Program-made: the position numbers and the translations under genes
Shown: positions 10,564 to 22,106 of the stretch, in pieces
Layout of the letters: each line of letters starts with the position of its first letter
Numbering within the stretch: position 1 is the first letter of the stretch
The notes under the pieces: generated by a model
Database searches by the model: none
Told to the model about the DNA's origin: nothing
The model's input: only the letters and a program-made list of their open reading frames with translations
NCBI GenBank assembly: GCA_002811645.1
Contig: PDIP01000117.1
Location: 1-37,319, forward strand
Length of the DNA stretch: 37,319 nucleotides
Direction: 5' to 3'
From: Corallochytrium limacisporum Hawaii
Lineage: Eukaryota; Protista; Pluriformea

Positions 10564-11845
10564 AGTTCCTCCGTATTTTTCCTTCCTAGCGGTCAAGCCG
10601 ATGGGGAAGGACCAAGGGGTCTGCTCCCAAGAAAAGAAATGGTAAAAACAAGGAGAGTAGAACATTAACGACTCAGCAGAAATAATTAAATAAAATACCA
10701 AGCTTGTGAGCGGCAGCAGTCCAAAGGGAAGGGATTGCGATATTGTGAAAGGACGGGATGGTTACGTAAACAGTGAGTGAGACTCACCAGAGAAAGCACT
10801 GGCGGCAGTTTCTTTTCTTTGAATGAACAAAGAGAAAAAAGGGCAAGGAAAAAGCAAGGAAACAAAAAGGCGCCTCGTACGAGAAAAAGGCGGGGAGGTG
10901 TTGGCAAAAAACTGCCTTCACTTCTTCATTACTGTCCTGTATGGAATGGAATGGTTAGAATTGTGTTTTTTTTTTCATTATTTAATTTAATTATAGAATT
11001 TGCAAAAGTTAGTCTTTTGTCCCCCCGGGGGGTGTGTGCGGGTGTGTTTTTTTCACAAGTTCTCCATAAATCTCTCTCTTGGCCACACTCATTTTCTTCC
11101 CCCTTCACTCACTCGCTCACTCTCCTCTCCGTCCCGGGCCTGTAGGTAAGGTGCAGGAGTAGGTACTAGGTAGGCAGATATGTATGGGTATGAGTTATAG
11201 GCATGGTGGTGATGGGTGGTATGTATATCATGGTTGGACGGTGCTGTCTTTTGGCTGGCTGGCTGTTGTTGATCCGGTGCCAGATGATGCCTTAGCTTGG
11301 ATGGCTGGTGATGCTCGGGGAGTTTCTAGACGGTGCGGATAGATCTTTGATAGTAATGGACCGGTGGCGCCGGTCGGCTTGATGCCAACTCATCCTTTGT
11401 TGATGTTGTACACCTCCCCCACCCTTCCCTCTTCCCTTCTCGTGCCTTCCGGGCACTGTGATCCAAATTGCGCCACGCGCCCGGAAAGCACAGAAAGACA
11501 CCCAAGACACATTTCTCATAACCCCCCTTTTTCTCTTTGATTGGTGTCCCGGTCCCCCTCCCTCATTCATTCATTGACCCATCATCACATGCAACCTTTG
11601 GATGTCACATCGATGGTTGTTTGAATTCCTCTGGACTTTCTCTCTTCCTTTGCCAGGTGTTGTTGGCTTATCGATGACGAAGATGTGCCTGTCTCCCGCG
11701 ATGGCGGTTGGTCGGCCCCGTTGGTTGTGAAGGACGATTTGCAAGGAAGGAGGGCGGGGGAGAAGGGAGGAGGGGGGCGGTTGAAAGGAAAAAAAAGGAA
11801 AGGAAAAGGTTAGGTGTCGAAAAAGGGGGGTCGTCGAGCGGTGGC

Positions 11846-11847
<2 letters not shown>

Positions 11848-11914
<67 letters not shown>
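11848..11914. repeat. (GA)n microsatellite, about 33 units
   Basis: Perfect GA dinucleotide run read directly from the sequence. Confidence 0.97.
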
Positions 11915-11916
<2 letters not shown>

Positions 11917-12107
11917 AAAGAAAACAAAGAAAAAGTCTTGTGGCTCGTGTGTGACCGAGCGAAGTCCTTTGGACGGGAACACCGTGGTCGTTAGGAAAGA
12001 CAATGACCCCATGGAAAAAAAAGGGAGCCATTGGTGGACGCAAAATACTCTCCCAGTCTCTTCTTGTTCTCAGTCCTACGTTCGCGTTATCAGAAGGCCC
12101 TTTTCGG

Positions 12108-12143
12108 GTGTGTGTGTGTGTGTGTGTGCGTGTGCGTGTGTGT
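12108..12143. repeat. Imperfect (GT)n microsatellite
   Basis: gtgtgtgtgtgtgtgtgtgtgcgtgtgcgtgtgtgt. Confidence 0.85.
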
Positions 12144-15100
12144 TCCTGGATTATCTCTGGCTTCGGCATGTCCCGCCGATCTCTTCTCGCCCCTGTTGCG
12201 TTGATGGTTGGGGTGTGTGTGTGTAGCAATGTGCGTGCTTCGTAGTTTCCGGGAGCGTGGCATATTTCCTTGGTCACACTGTCTCGCACGTTCCTGTACC
12301 AACGCAATCTTCGCCTTAAACTGTCAAAGCATCCGTAGTTTCCGGGTTTCTCGAGGGTTCGTCTCCATCACCAAATGACTCCCGTCGTCAAAGCTCAATT
12401 TGCGGAGATAGTCTGACGATTTCCAGTTTTCAGGGTCGATCCGGTCTTGGAGTGTATTTTGGTTCTGCATGTGGATACGTCTTAGTTGGTGCTGAGGACA
12501 CACTCGGCACTCTCTCCGCCCAGGACCCTCACGCAACGAAATATTGCTTCATCCAATAATCCTGGGGCATCAACGACGCCGGCCGCGTGTCTCGGTTCGA
12601 AACCGTGGTGTTGTTATTGTTGCCCAATGGCGGGGCGTCATCAGCTGAAGGTTGGCGGGATCAGCTGTGTTCTTGCGTAGTCCTTGCAAAACCGCCATTT
12701 TTTGATAATTTTCAATGTTTCTTTGATTTCGCGTTTGATCTTTCTTGGTTTGATTTCGAATTTTCTCCTCTATTTTTCTTCTTGTATCTCGCTTTAGAGC
12801 CGTTCCCTCCTTGCTTTCCCTATTCTTTCCTTTTAATCCACATTCGGTGGGAGAGATTCCACCACGAGAACAAAAATTATGCACACACACAACACGCATG
12901 AGAAAGAATGGGAATGTGTCGAAACCACAAGAAACCGTACGCCAAAGTGGGCCGATTGGACGATACATGAACAAAGTCGGTAAGCAGGACCATGGACAGG
13001 TTTTGTGGCTATTTGTTTCCGGCGTTGGGTGGCGACATGTGTTCTCCTAGAGGTGGTGTGGCTGTATTCTTCCCTATTGTACGTGTGCCTTGCTGAAACA
13101 TGCAAGGGACGACGGACGACGTTTTGTTGTCCCTCTGTTTGTGATGGGCAAGATTAATCGCCATCAGTGAATCCTGTAAAGGCACGCAGTCAAAAGCCAT
13201 CTCTGGTAACCCCTTTGCTTGGGATCCACGTCGACGATAGCGGTCAATCACCGCCGTTTAGGATGTGTGCGTATGATTTCAATATCCATTACAATATCAC
13301 TATCGCTCATTAACGACTGTCGCACGTTTTCAAGGAAGAGAACCAAGCAGCAAGCTCGCACCCGTTAAGAGCGAGCGTCGAGGTCAGAAAAGAGCGAGTC
13401 GTCTTTCATCATCGCAACCATGACACCTTCCTACATCTTCCCCTCCTGTGGTGGCGACCGGATGCACACAACTTTAAAATTAGCCCTCTCCATACTGCGA
13501 GGTAGGGTTCCCGCCCTCCTTTTCGTCTGCGCATCCCCCCTGACCCGCATGAGCCCCAAACGATTATGCCATCGCATTCGCTGCTCGCCAGTCCCATCCT
13601 CCTTGGTCAAATGTCATGGATGGCCGAAAAGTTCCAGTTCGCCGGCGTCACGAAGCGATCTTTATTTAGGATTCTGCAGCGGATGGGGTCCGGCCGGTGC
13701 AGCCCGAAATATGCGAGGGTACCCCGAGGCACATGAGGGACAAAGGATTATTTGGAAAATCAAGTGATAGTACAAGTGTTACCCCACCTTTTTGGTGGGT
13801 GTACCTTGTCGTAAACTCTCTGTCTGTGAAAAGGTGGATAGCACAACTTCTATTTGATGCACTAGCCTGCATCAGCATCCCCGTGCAGTGTGCGCTACTA
13901 CCATTTTCGAACTAAGGTTCTTACTGTCATCTTGGGTTTTGAGGATTATCAACATCGAGAAAGCAATTTGGGGGTAGCGACCAAGAAGAGCCAGCAAACC
14001 AGAAGTTCACACACTTAATTTCCAAAACCAGATGGTCCGCCGTCGTTGTGGGTGCCTATGAAAATGGGTTGTCAGCAACATCTGACTCCTTCGGGACGTT
14101 ATCACCCTCAGTTTGACGAAAGAGGGGCTTGCTGGACGTAATTTTGAACGCACAACATGAGTTTAGTGCATGTGAGGGCACGGTTGATAAACTCTTGATT
14201 TGGCGACCTCAGGTTTCTGCATGCCACAGATTGGAAATGAGTTGACAGTGGGTGCGGAGGAACCCAGATGCGACGAGCACGGCACTTCTTCTCATTATAG
14301 CGCTACGTGTTAGTTGTTATTGATATGATATCAAAAGAAAGCGTATCGATCCCGCCGATATCTGTTCGCAGTTTGTGGTTTGCACCGGTATGTACATTAG
14401 AGTATATGCGTGGTCAGTTTTGTGCCTTAGCGTAGGCGATTCTCTGGCTTCCAATGGTGCTCGGCCCCGTTGGTTGGAGTGCCCGCCATGCTCATTGAAA
14501 TTCGGATACCACACTGATTATCTTGTCCAGGACATTTTTTGCCAAACGAAATGCCCATATTAAATATACCACAGTTGCGCCATAACGCGATACTGCACAC
14601 AGGCAAGAGGAATTGCTGGGCATTGGGTACGAGATAAAAAACTCTAAAACGTGGACGTACACCCTAACCGTAATCACCAGAAAACAGATAGACCGTTTTG
14701 TCTCCCAACCTCCCAAACCATTTTCCTCTTTTTCTTTCGTTTTCTTTTCTGTTATTTTTAACCCTTCCCTTTTCCGTACCACCACCAGGGAACAAAAACG
14801 GATAGGAAAGAGGGGGGGTGTTGTGTTTAGGGTAGGCACCAAGCCGCGCTGCATTTTCCTTCCTTTTCTAGCATGGCAGGCACGAAACCTTTGGTTAGTA
14901 AGAAGCAAAAGGGATACTGGCCGCCAACCGGGGAAGCTCTGGATGACAGAAAATTGACATGGGAAACAGAATAGTCCAGACCACCGCCCAACCCAAAAAG
15001 AATAAAAAAACAAAAACAAGGGAGTTAAAAGTAGAACAAAGCAGATAGTCCCCCCCTTCCATTCTCCCCAAGCCCTCTAGGCCTGCACCCTGTCTTAGGG

Positions 15101-15587
15101 GGTTTTCCTCCCTTTTTTAGCCATTTTCCCAATATTCCCTGAGCGGGCCGTGGAGAGAGGCGCTGGGGGGGGGGGGGGTAAAACGACGGACACAACACCG
15201 CTCTGGATCCCGCTCACTGGCCGAGGGGTACTCTATACTTTCTAATCATAAAAAAATCAAAGGAGTACATAAATCTTAATATAATAATATAACTTTATGG
15301 TTTAATCACATATGTACTTTCGATTGATAATGTGGAAATTCAACTGAGGCTAAGTTCAAAGAGAAATCGAATCAAACAAGAACTCTTTCTTTGGCCCAAA
15401 AATGGACCCCCCCGGGAGGCCAGGCAGCGATCAGGGAGAAGCCGGCTCCCCCCCCCCCTCCCCCCGAGAGAACAGCGGACACCGGGGAGCGGTTGAACCG
15501 GAGGTGAAGGGACGAAAGGGAGGGGGGAGGAGTGGGTGGGTGTTGGTTGTTGGCTTGACCGGGGAGCAGGGGACTGGGGCTCACGTT

Positions 15588-15604
15588 CGGTACTGAATCT
15601 ACCG
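15588..15604. promoter_or_regulatory. Candidate cis-element CGGTACTGAATCTACCG (CGG-N11-CCG), copy 2
   Basis: Exact 17-bp match to 5607-5623, about 0.7 kb upstream of the complexin-like gene. Confidence 0.4.
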
Positions 15605-16312
15605 CGGAAGATCACAGGAGTGTGCTAGCCACCGCCCTCGACTGACGAATGGTCGGCGTGTGGTTGTGGTGTGAAGAGGGGCGGCAAACCGGGACGTGGC
15701 CGGGCAAGAGTTGCGGGCCAATTCGATTGATGGACCGTGGTATGTTTCCAATGGAAAAGTTGTGAGAGAGGGAGAAAAAAACTTCCATGGAATGAAATGC
15801 CTTGGACAAATTGCACAAGCTTCCACAATTTTTTCCACCCCATCATCATCATCATAAGCCCACAGGCCTTCATACATAGTCCAAGTACCGCGACCACCAC
15901 TAAACCACACAGGGTCATCTCGAGGGCTGCCACCCCTTGGGCGGCAAATGAGCCAAAGACCCTGGCCCGAACCAAAGGCGGGACCCGGATTGATTTAACG
16001 AGTGACCTGGGGCACAGGTTCTGAGAAAAAGTTTGGTGACTTCTGTGCTGCTGGTGATGACGTTGTACGGATTCTTTATACGGAGGTTTGTGACAGAGTG
16101 CTGTTGGCTGGCTCGCGATCTGGGGTATTTAAATGATATCAGCACGAACAGAGAGCGCTGATAAATTGTCAATTGCTGAAAGCGGAATCAATTAGCGGTA
16201 GAAGCCGGGCGACCTCGCTGCCGTTAATATACAAGAGAAGACCCGTGATTGCAACAAGTGTTCAGAAGAATCACTGACCCAATTAGCCCCGGACAAACAT
16301 AAGATAAAGAGT

Positions 16313-16744
16313 ATGGCCGGCTTGACCCAGTTCTTTCCCAAGGGGCTCTTTGGCCCCGAGAAGAAGAAAAGCAACAGTCCCTTTGGCGGCGGCGACGATG
16401 AAGAAGGTGGCTCCTCGGGCCTGAGCTACGCTGAGCGCAAGGAAGTCAAGAACGAGGTAAAGGCCCAAGCCAAAGAGGACGCAGAGTACCGCAAGCAAAA
16501 GCGTGCCAAGGAACGGGAAGGTCGCGAGAAGGAGCTCGATCGCATTCGTGAAAAGTATAATCTTGACAAGAAGGACGACAAAAAGGGCAAGAAGGGCAAA
16601 AGTCACCGGGACGAAAGCAAAGAGGAGGAGGACGCTGAGATTGAGGAAATTTCCCAGGACACTGAAAAGCAGTACACGTTCACGGAGAAGATGAAAATGC
16701 TGTTCTCTTCGGGTTCTTCAAGTTCAGCATCAACGTCGAAATGA
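16313..16744 (+). CDS. Complexin (synaphin)-like SNARE-binding protein
   Basis: 143-aa charged protein. RKQKRAKEREGREKELDRIREKYNLDKK aligns without gaps to the vertebrate complexin-1 central helix (recalled as [28 protein letters not shown]). It also has a preceding GGGDDEE linker and a C-terminal amphipathic segment (TFTEKMKMLFS). Confidence 0.7.
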   Translation: MAGLTQFFPKGLFGPEKKKSNSPFGGGDDEEGGSSGLSYAERKEVKNEVKAQAKEDAEYRKQKRAKEREGREKELDRIREKYNLDKKDDKKGKKGKSHRDESKEEEDAEIEEISQDTEKQYTFTEKMKMLFSSGSSSSASTSK

Positions 16745-17190
16745 AGTACAAGGAGGGAGATCAGTTGACACTATTTACAAAATCGAACTCCGAACGGCAA
16801 CTTACAGACATATTGTCAGTCTTTATTCGCATCAGATCTTAAGAAACAGACCGTTTGCTACAAGCAACAGGAACTGGTTGGTCAGTCTGGGTCTTGCATG
16901 TTTTGTTTTGTTTACTGTAACAAGTCTTTCTATTTTGTAGGATTTTGTGTTGTTTGCAGTTGCCAGTAAATCAAGATTTAGAGACTTTGTGAAGTCTTTT
17001 TGGTGGTTTTCATCTTTTCAAAGAGAATTACAAAAGGAACAGTGCGACTAGAAGCCATGACCAAGTGCTTTGTCACTCATTCAGGAGTTTCCCTCGAATT
17101 GCCAGAGACGTTCCATGCAAAACTAAGGATCTAAAGGCCCCCCGTCAACGTGACACTACCGCGGTCACCGTGATATACAGCAGGATGGTT

Positions 17191-19644
17191 TTAGTCAAAC
17201 GCCTCCTCAAACGGATCATAGCACTCCACATCCTGAGCGTCCTTGAGTTGGACCTTGGAGTTGAAGTTGGAGTGATCGTCCTCGCTCTTGACCTTGGGCA
17301 CATAGGGCATGGTGTACTTCTTGGCGCGCAGTGCCTGCCAGTCAATGTTCTTAAACCAAGGATGGTATTTGATATCATTGCTGCCGTTCTTGAGACTGCC
17401 AAGACGCTTGGTAGGCATCTTGACCAACAGACGGTAAATCAGGTCCTTGGCATCATTGGGAATGTAGGCAGGACAACGCACGGTGGCAGTGACAATCTTC
17501 TTGTAGACGGACATGGGATCCGGAGCCAGGAATGGGGTGATGCCGACGAACATTTCATAAATAAGGATGCCAGTGCACCACCAGTCGACGGCAAAGCCGT
17601 GACCGTGGCCACCGCGGATAATTTCCGGAGCGAGGTATTCGGGCGTACCGCAGACAGTGTACGTGCGACCGTCGATACGCTTGGCGAAGCCCAAATCAAT
17701 GATCTTCAGGTAGCCATCCGAGGAAATGAGAATGTTTTCGGGTTTCAAATCACGGTACACAATGGACAATGCGTGCATGTGCTCGAACGCAGAGAAGACC
17801 TGGGCGGCGTAGAGGACGGCCTGGTCGTTCTCGAGCTTGCCCTTGCGCCGCATGTACGTGAACAGTTCTCCGCCAAGGATCGGCTCCATGAGGAAGTAAA
17901 TGTACCGCGTGTCACGGAACGTCCGGTAAAGACGCACAATGAAGGGGTGCGGCTGCATCTCCGCCATAATCGTCTTCTCATTCACAACGTGGTCAATCTG
18001 CTTGGTCTTGATAATGTGGTACTTCTTGAGAACCTTCAAGGCATATGTCTTGCCAGTCGCAGTATCCTTGACCAGCGCGACGCGACCAAACGAACCGGCA
18101 CCAAGCGTGGCTAGATGCTGTAGATTCTCCAACTTAATCTCCGTGTGCAGACCGAGCGGTTCCGCGAGCTGGAAGCGCTCACGGAGGGACCCGAGAATAT
18201 TGTCAAAGTTGGTGCGGTCGAGGGAGAGACAGGTACAGTCCTTGTACGCCTTCACGTTCGCGGCACGCTTGTCGTCGTTGAGCAGGGCCCGCTCACCAAA
18301 GTAGGCGCCACGGTAAAGATGGCCCAATTCAATGACCTTACCACTCACGTCCTGAGTCAATTCAACCTCACCTTCCGCAAGAATATAGAACTTGTCGCCG
18401 ACGTCGCCCTGTTTGATGATCTGAGCGTCCTTCTTGAACTGTTCCGTTTGGAGTTTGTTGGCAAGCTCAGACAGCTCCTGCGGAGACAGTACCTGCAGAA
18501 TCGGAATGCCAGCCAATACGGCACGGTGGTACGTCTCAAAGTTACGTTCCAAGATCTCTTCCAGGGGACCGAGCAAGTTGTTAAAGTCCTCACGCGTAAT
18601 GGACAGACAGGTTACGGGACCACCAGTAGCAATCACCGTCGCGGCACGCGTGTCGTCCTTGATCAGAGCACGCTCACCAAAGTAATCACCGTTGGATAAT
18701 TGGGCAATGTCCTGAACACCGGTACCATCCGGGGTGGTCTGCTGGACCTTGGCCTTACCGTCAGCGACAATGTAGAACTTATCACCGGTGTCGCCCTGGC
18801 GAATAATCTTGGCGCCTTCCTGGTAGGTTGTGGTGGAGCAGGCAGCGACAATCTGGGTCTTCTCATAGTGAGTGAGATTCTTGAACTCCTTCACGCGCTC
18901 AATTGCATCCAGAGCCCGGCGATTCTCGTCAAAGGCGATAGTCACGTGGGCCTGCTTGAAGTCCTTGGCGCTGACCTTCCACAGCGCGCACACAGTTTGG
19001 GCGGTGATCGTAGCGGCACGGGGGCTGTGATAGAGCAGTGCAAGCTCACCAAAGTATCCGCCCTGCTTGATCTGGCCCACCTCATTGCCGTCCACCAGCA
19101 CAGCCAGCGTACCCGATTCCACGACGTAAAAGGACGCAGTGTCCTCATACTCCTGGCCCTGCTCCAGCACATTCACACCGGCTTCCACGCTTTGCTCATC
19201 CATGATAGCAGCAATGAACTCCTTCTGCTTGGCAGTCATGCCAGAGAACAGAAGGCAGTCGCCCATGGCGTCAACCAGCAGCTGCTTGGTCTTCGGCGCC
19301 TTCTGCACGACGCGAAGGGCCTCAGTCTGCTGCTGAAAGCGGTTGGTCTGCTCACCATAGACGACCTCACGGTGCTGCTTAGCCTGGAGCTGCTGCTGGA
19401 CGAAGTCATCGGAGTAGTCTCCGGCGACATTGTCGGTACCGCTGGTCATGGCTGACTTGGATTTGTCCTTGAGAACCGCTGCCTTGGGCTCTTTGGGCAC
19501 GGCAGAGATCGGCTTGGTCTTACTACTGCTGGCTACGGGCTGCCCGTGTGTTCCTGCGTTTCCTGACTGGTACTGGTGGTGGTGCTCGGAAGGGCCTGCG
19601 TGGTTCTTCTTGTCCTTCTTCTTCTTGGAGATGTTACCACCCAT
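17191..19644 (-). CDS. Cyclic-nucleotide-dependent AGC protein kinase, PKG-like architecture (3 CNB domains + kinase), N-myristoylation motif
   Basis: Likely start MGGNISKKKK (ATG at 19644; the track's start at 19791 is non-ATG). Three phosphate-binding cassettes: FGELALLYHSPRAAT, FGERALIKDDTRAAT, FGERALLNDDKRAAN. Kinase motifs LGAGSFG, YALK, YRDLKPEN, DLG (DFG position), TVCGTPEYLAPE, and terminal FEEAF. Confidence 0.92.
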   Translation of the reverse strand: MGGNISKKKKDKKNHAGPSEHHHQYQSGNAGTHGQPVASSSKTKPISAVPKEPKAAVLKDKSKSAMTSGTDNVAGDYSDDFVQQQLQAKQHREVVYGEQTNRFQQQTEALRVVQKAPKTKQLLVDAMGDCLLFSGMTAKQKEFIAAIMDEQSVEAGVNVLEQGQEYEDTASFYVVESGTLAVLVDGNEVGQIKQGGYFGELALLYHSPRAATITAQTVCALWKVSAKDFKQAHVTIAFDENRRALDAIERVKEFKNLTHYEKTQIVAACSTTTYQEGAKIIRQGDTGDKFYIVADGKAKVQQTTPDGTGVQDIAQLSNGDYFGERALIKDDTRAATVIATGGPVTCLSITREDFNNLLGPLEEILERNFETYHRAVLAGIPILQVLSPQELSELANKLQTEQFKKDAQIIKQGDVGDKFYILAEGEVELTQDVSGKVIELGHLYRGAYFGERALLNDDKRAANVKAYKDCTCLSLDRTNFDNILGSLRERFQLAEPLGLHTEIKLENLQHLATLGAGSFGRVALVKDTATGKTYALKVLKKYHIIKTKQIDHVVNEKTIMAEMQPHPFIVRLYRTFRDTRYIYFLMEPILGGELFTYMRRKGKLENDQAVLYAAQVFSAFEHMHALSIVYRDLKPENILISSDGYLKIIDLGFAKRIDGRTYTVCGTPEYLAPEIIRGGHGHGFAVDWWCTGILIYEMFVGITPFLAPDPMSVYKKIVTATVRCPAYIPNDAKDLIYRLLVKMPTKRLGSLKNGSNDIKYHPWFKNIDWQALRAKKYTMPYVPKVKSEDDHSNFNSKVQLKDAQDVECYDPFEEAFD

Positions 19645-21284
19645 TGCTTCCGATTTAGAGCTTCCTCTTTTCACTAACGCGTTGGTGTAGCGCCAAGGAA
19701 AAAGGGTTGATTGAAAAGTGGGAAAGAAAAGTTCTTTTGTTTGCTTAGTAGGATCAAGAGAAAAGGATAAGTTTTGTTTGTGATATATCAAACAAAACCC
19801 TTTTCTTTGCGCCTGCTAAAAACCTTTTCCACCTTATCACTAACCTTTTTTCCTTTCTTCAAGTGGTTGATGATGAATAAACTAAACAAAAAAGTTGGGA
19901 CGAGCCTTGTTTACAGAGCAAACAAAGCTTCTTTCACCTTCTTGTTTATCGTTGCTGAGTTGATTGAGATCAATTTGAAACGGTAAAAGTTGTTGTGTGG
20001 ATTGAGCCAATCCGCGCAAACGTTTGACAATAATGTGTTTTGAAAAACTTGAAGAACCAAAGCTTCTGTTCAAGGGGTGGATATTGAAGAGATCACAACG
20101 CGACATGGCAAAGAGTGACAAGTTTTGATCTTGAATACCTATCGCAATGTTCGATGGGCAGGAGAAGAACAAAAGCGGAAAACACGGTCACTAAGCTGCT
20201 CAACAGTAATACCGGATAATACGCAAATCCCTATCTCATTAGCAAACCGGTAGATGTCCATATTGCTGCTGCTAAGCTGCACGAAAAACGAATCCAATAA
20301 ACCATTAGTAAGGAATCCTTAGGACGGCAAAAAAAAGGATCAACATCGCGATCAGTACCCGGTATCGTGCCTTTCTTTTTTTTTTTTCTTGGGCTACGAA
20401 GAAAGCAACGAAGTCAAGAAAACACACAGGAAACTCCGGGGTCGGTTCCATCTCGAGAAGCTTTTGTCTGCACAACGACAAGGTATCCGCCTCACGCAAT
20501 TCTAAAAATCCCCCCCCCCCAAAAACACACACTCCAGGCACACATATACACACACACAGCTTACTAAGTGATGCCACACCAAAACCACCATGCTCGTGAT
20601 ATATATACACACACACACATACACACACCACGGCCCTCCTAACTGTTTATGTTCACTGTGCAGAATCTTGGGGCGAGTATATCACCAAAGTATCGGCCAC
20701 GGCGATGGTGACCCTTGGTACCCGCTGGTGGGTAGGTTGGGTTCGGGGGTTGGGAAGGACCCGCACCCCATCGATCCCTGGATTTTTCCACTTTTATTTT
20801 TCTTTTCCGTATTGTTTATTCTCTCTCACATCTATGGAACCCATTAAGTATGGCAAATGTATTATAAAATTTCAAGAAAAAAGTCATTGGAATTGAGCAA
20901 AACCGGACGGACAGCGGATCCTCTCTCTCTCCCTTGGCAGCTTTCGTAACCCGCAAAGGGTCCCGTTGCCCCAGGCAGACAGACACAGCGAAGGGAAGAG
21001 AGAGAGGGACGGAGGGGGGGGGGCACAGGGAGAGAGAGAGAGAGAGAACCCGGGGCTTGCGCGACCACAAGCATTTTGTTTTTGGCCCAAACCCAAAAAA
21101 AAGAATAAAAACGATTTTTCTGTAAACTTTTCTTTACTTTTTTTTTGCTCTCCCCGGACCCCTCTCTCCCGGAAAAGCAAATGTCGATCTACCAAAGAAC
21201 AATAATACAAAATTGGTAGCGAATGAACGGCAAAAGAATGGAACCTTTTCTTTTTTGCCGGTGTCTGAGCATTCTACCGGACAC

Positions 21285-21363
21285 AGAGAGAGAGAGAGAG
21301 AGAGAAGAGAGCGCGAGGGAGCGTTGGGAGAGGGGGGGGGGATTTTTTGAGAGAGAGAGAGAG
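21285..21363. repeat. (AG)n-rich low-complexity tract
   Basis: Two AG runs separated by G and T homopolymers. Confidence 0.6.
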
Positions 21364-22106
21364 CGGGCGGTGAGAGAAGGCGGGCCAGGGCCGGGAGAAC
21401 CGCCTTCCGCCCAGCGGGGCCCCAACCCACCGCCGGGCCCCTCTCTCGCTCTCTCGCTGTCGCCCTCGCGCAGCAGCCAAAAAATAAAGAAAGAAAAGGA
21501 ACGGTGGGCAAACACACACCAAAAAGCTTTGGCACAAGAAAAAAAGGAAAACAACCAAATATAAATAATCCGTATATAAATATATTTATAATTATGTAGT
21601 ATTAACTATATTTATAAAATGGAAGTATATTAAAATTTAAATTGTCCGTGCAGGCCCCGGGGGAGGGAGGGGGGGGGATATGGCTAAGGGTGTCCCTCCT
21701 CCCGTCCGGACGCGACCCTGCGAATGGGTACGCTCGAGCTTCGTGGTTGGTGGTGCCGGGGGGGGGAGGGTAGGGCCCCTCCCGTCCGCTTCTCCCCGCG
21801 GAGGGTAGTTGGGGAGGGGGGGAGCCGGCGCTTGGGGGAGTGAGGGAAAGAAATCATCGGCGATCCGGGCCAACGCCGCCGGCGCGAAAACCTGGGCCTG
21901 CAAAACAAGAGATGGTCTAAAGATTCGGTGGCGGGTGTGTTGATGAGTGGTGACAGCGCAATGGATGGAAGTCGTTCTTTTTCCTTTGAATTGAATGTTG
22001 AAGGTGGGTGTGTATTGTTACTAGTGATGATGATTACGATGATGTTGAGATGAATTGATAATTGATTCGAGAGTTTAGTGCTCAAGATCGATGCCTTTGT
22101 CGTTCT

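Noticed and set aside
9681-12307. Many 60-170 aa ORFs in low-complexity spacers (also 20300-22085, 35900-36650)
   Set aside because: Translations are poly-G/K/F/P or RE/SL repeats derived from homopolymers and microsatellites.
12590-12610. tRNA T-arm/B-box-like GGTTCGAAACC (also GGTTCGAAC at 25771)
   Set aside because: No acceptor stem, D-arm or anticodon arm could be built around either site.
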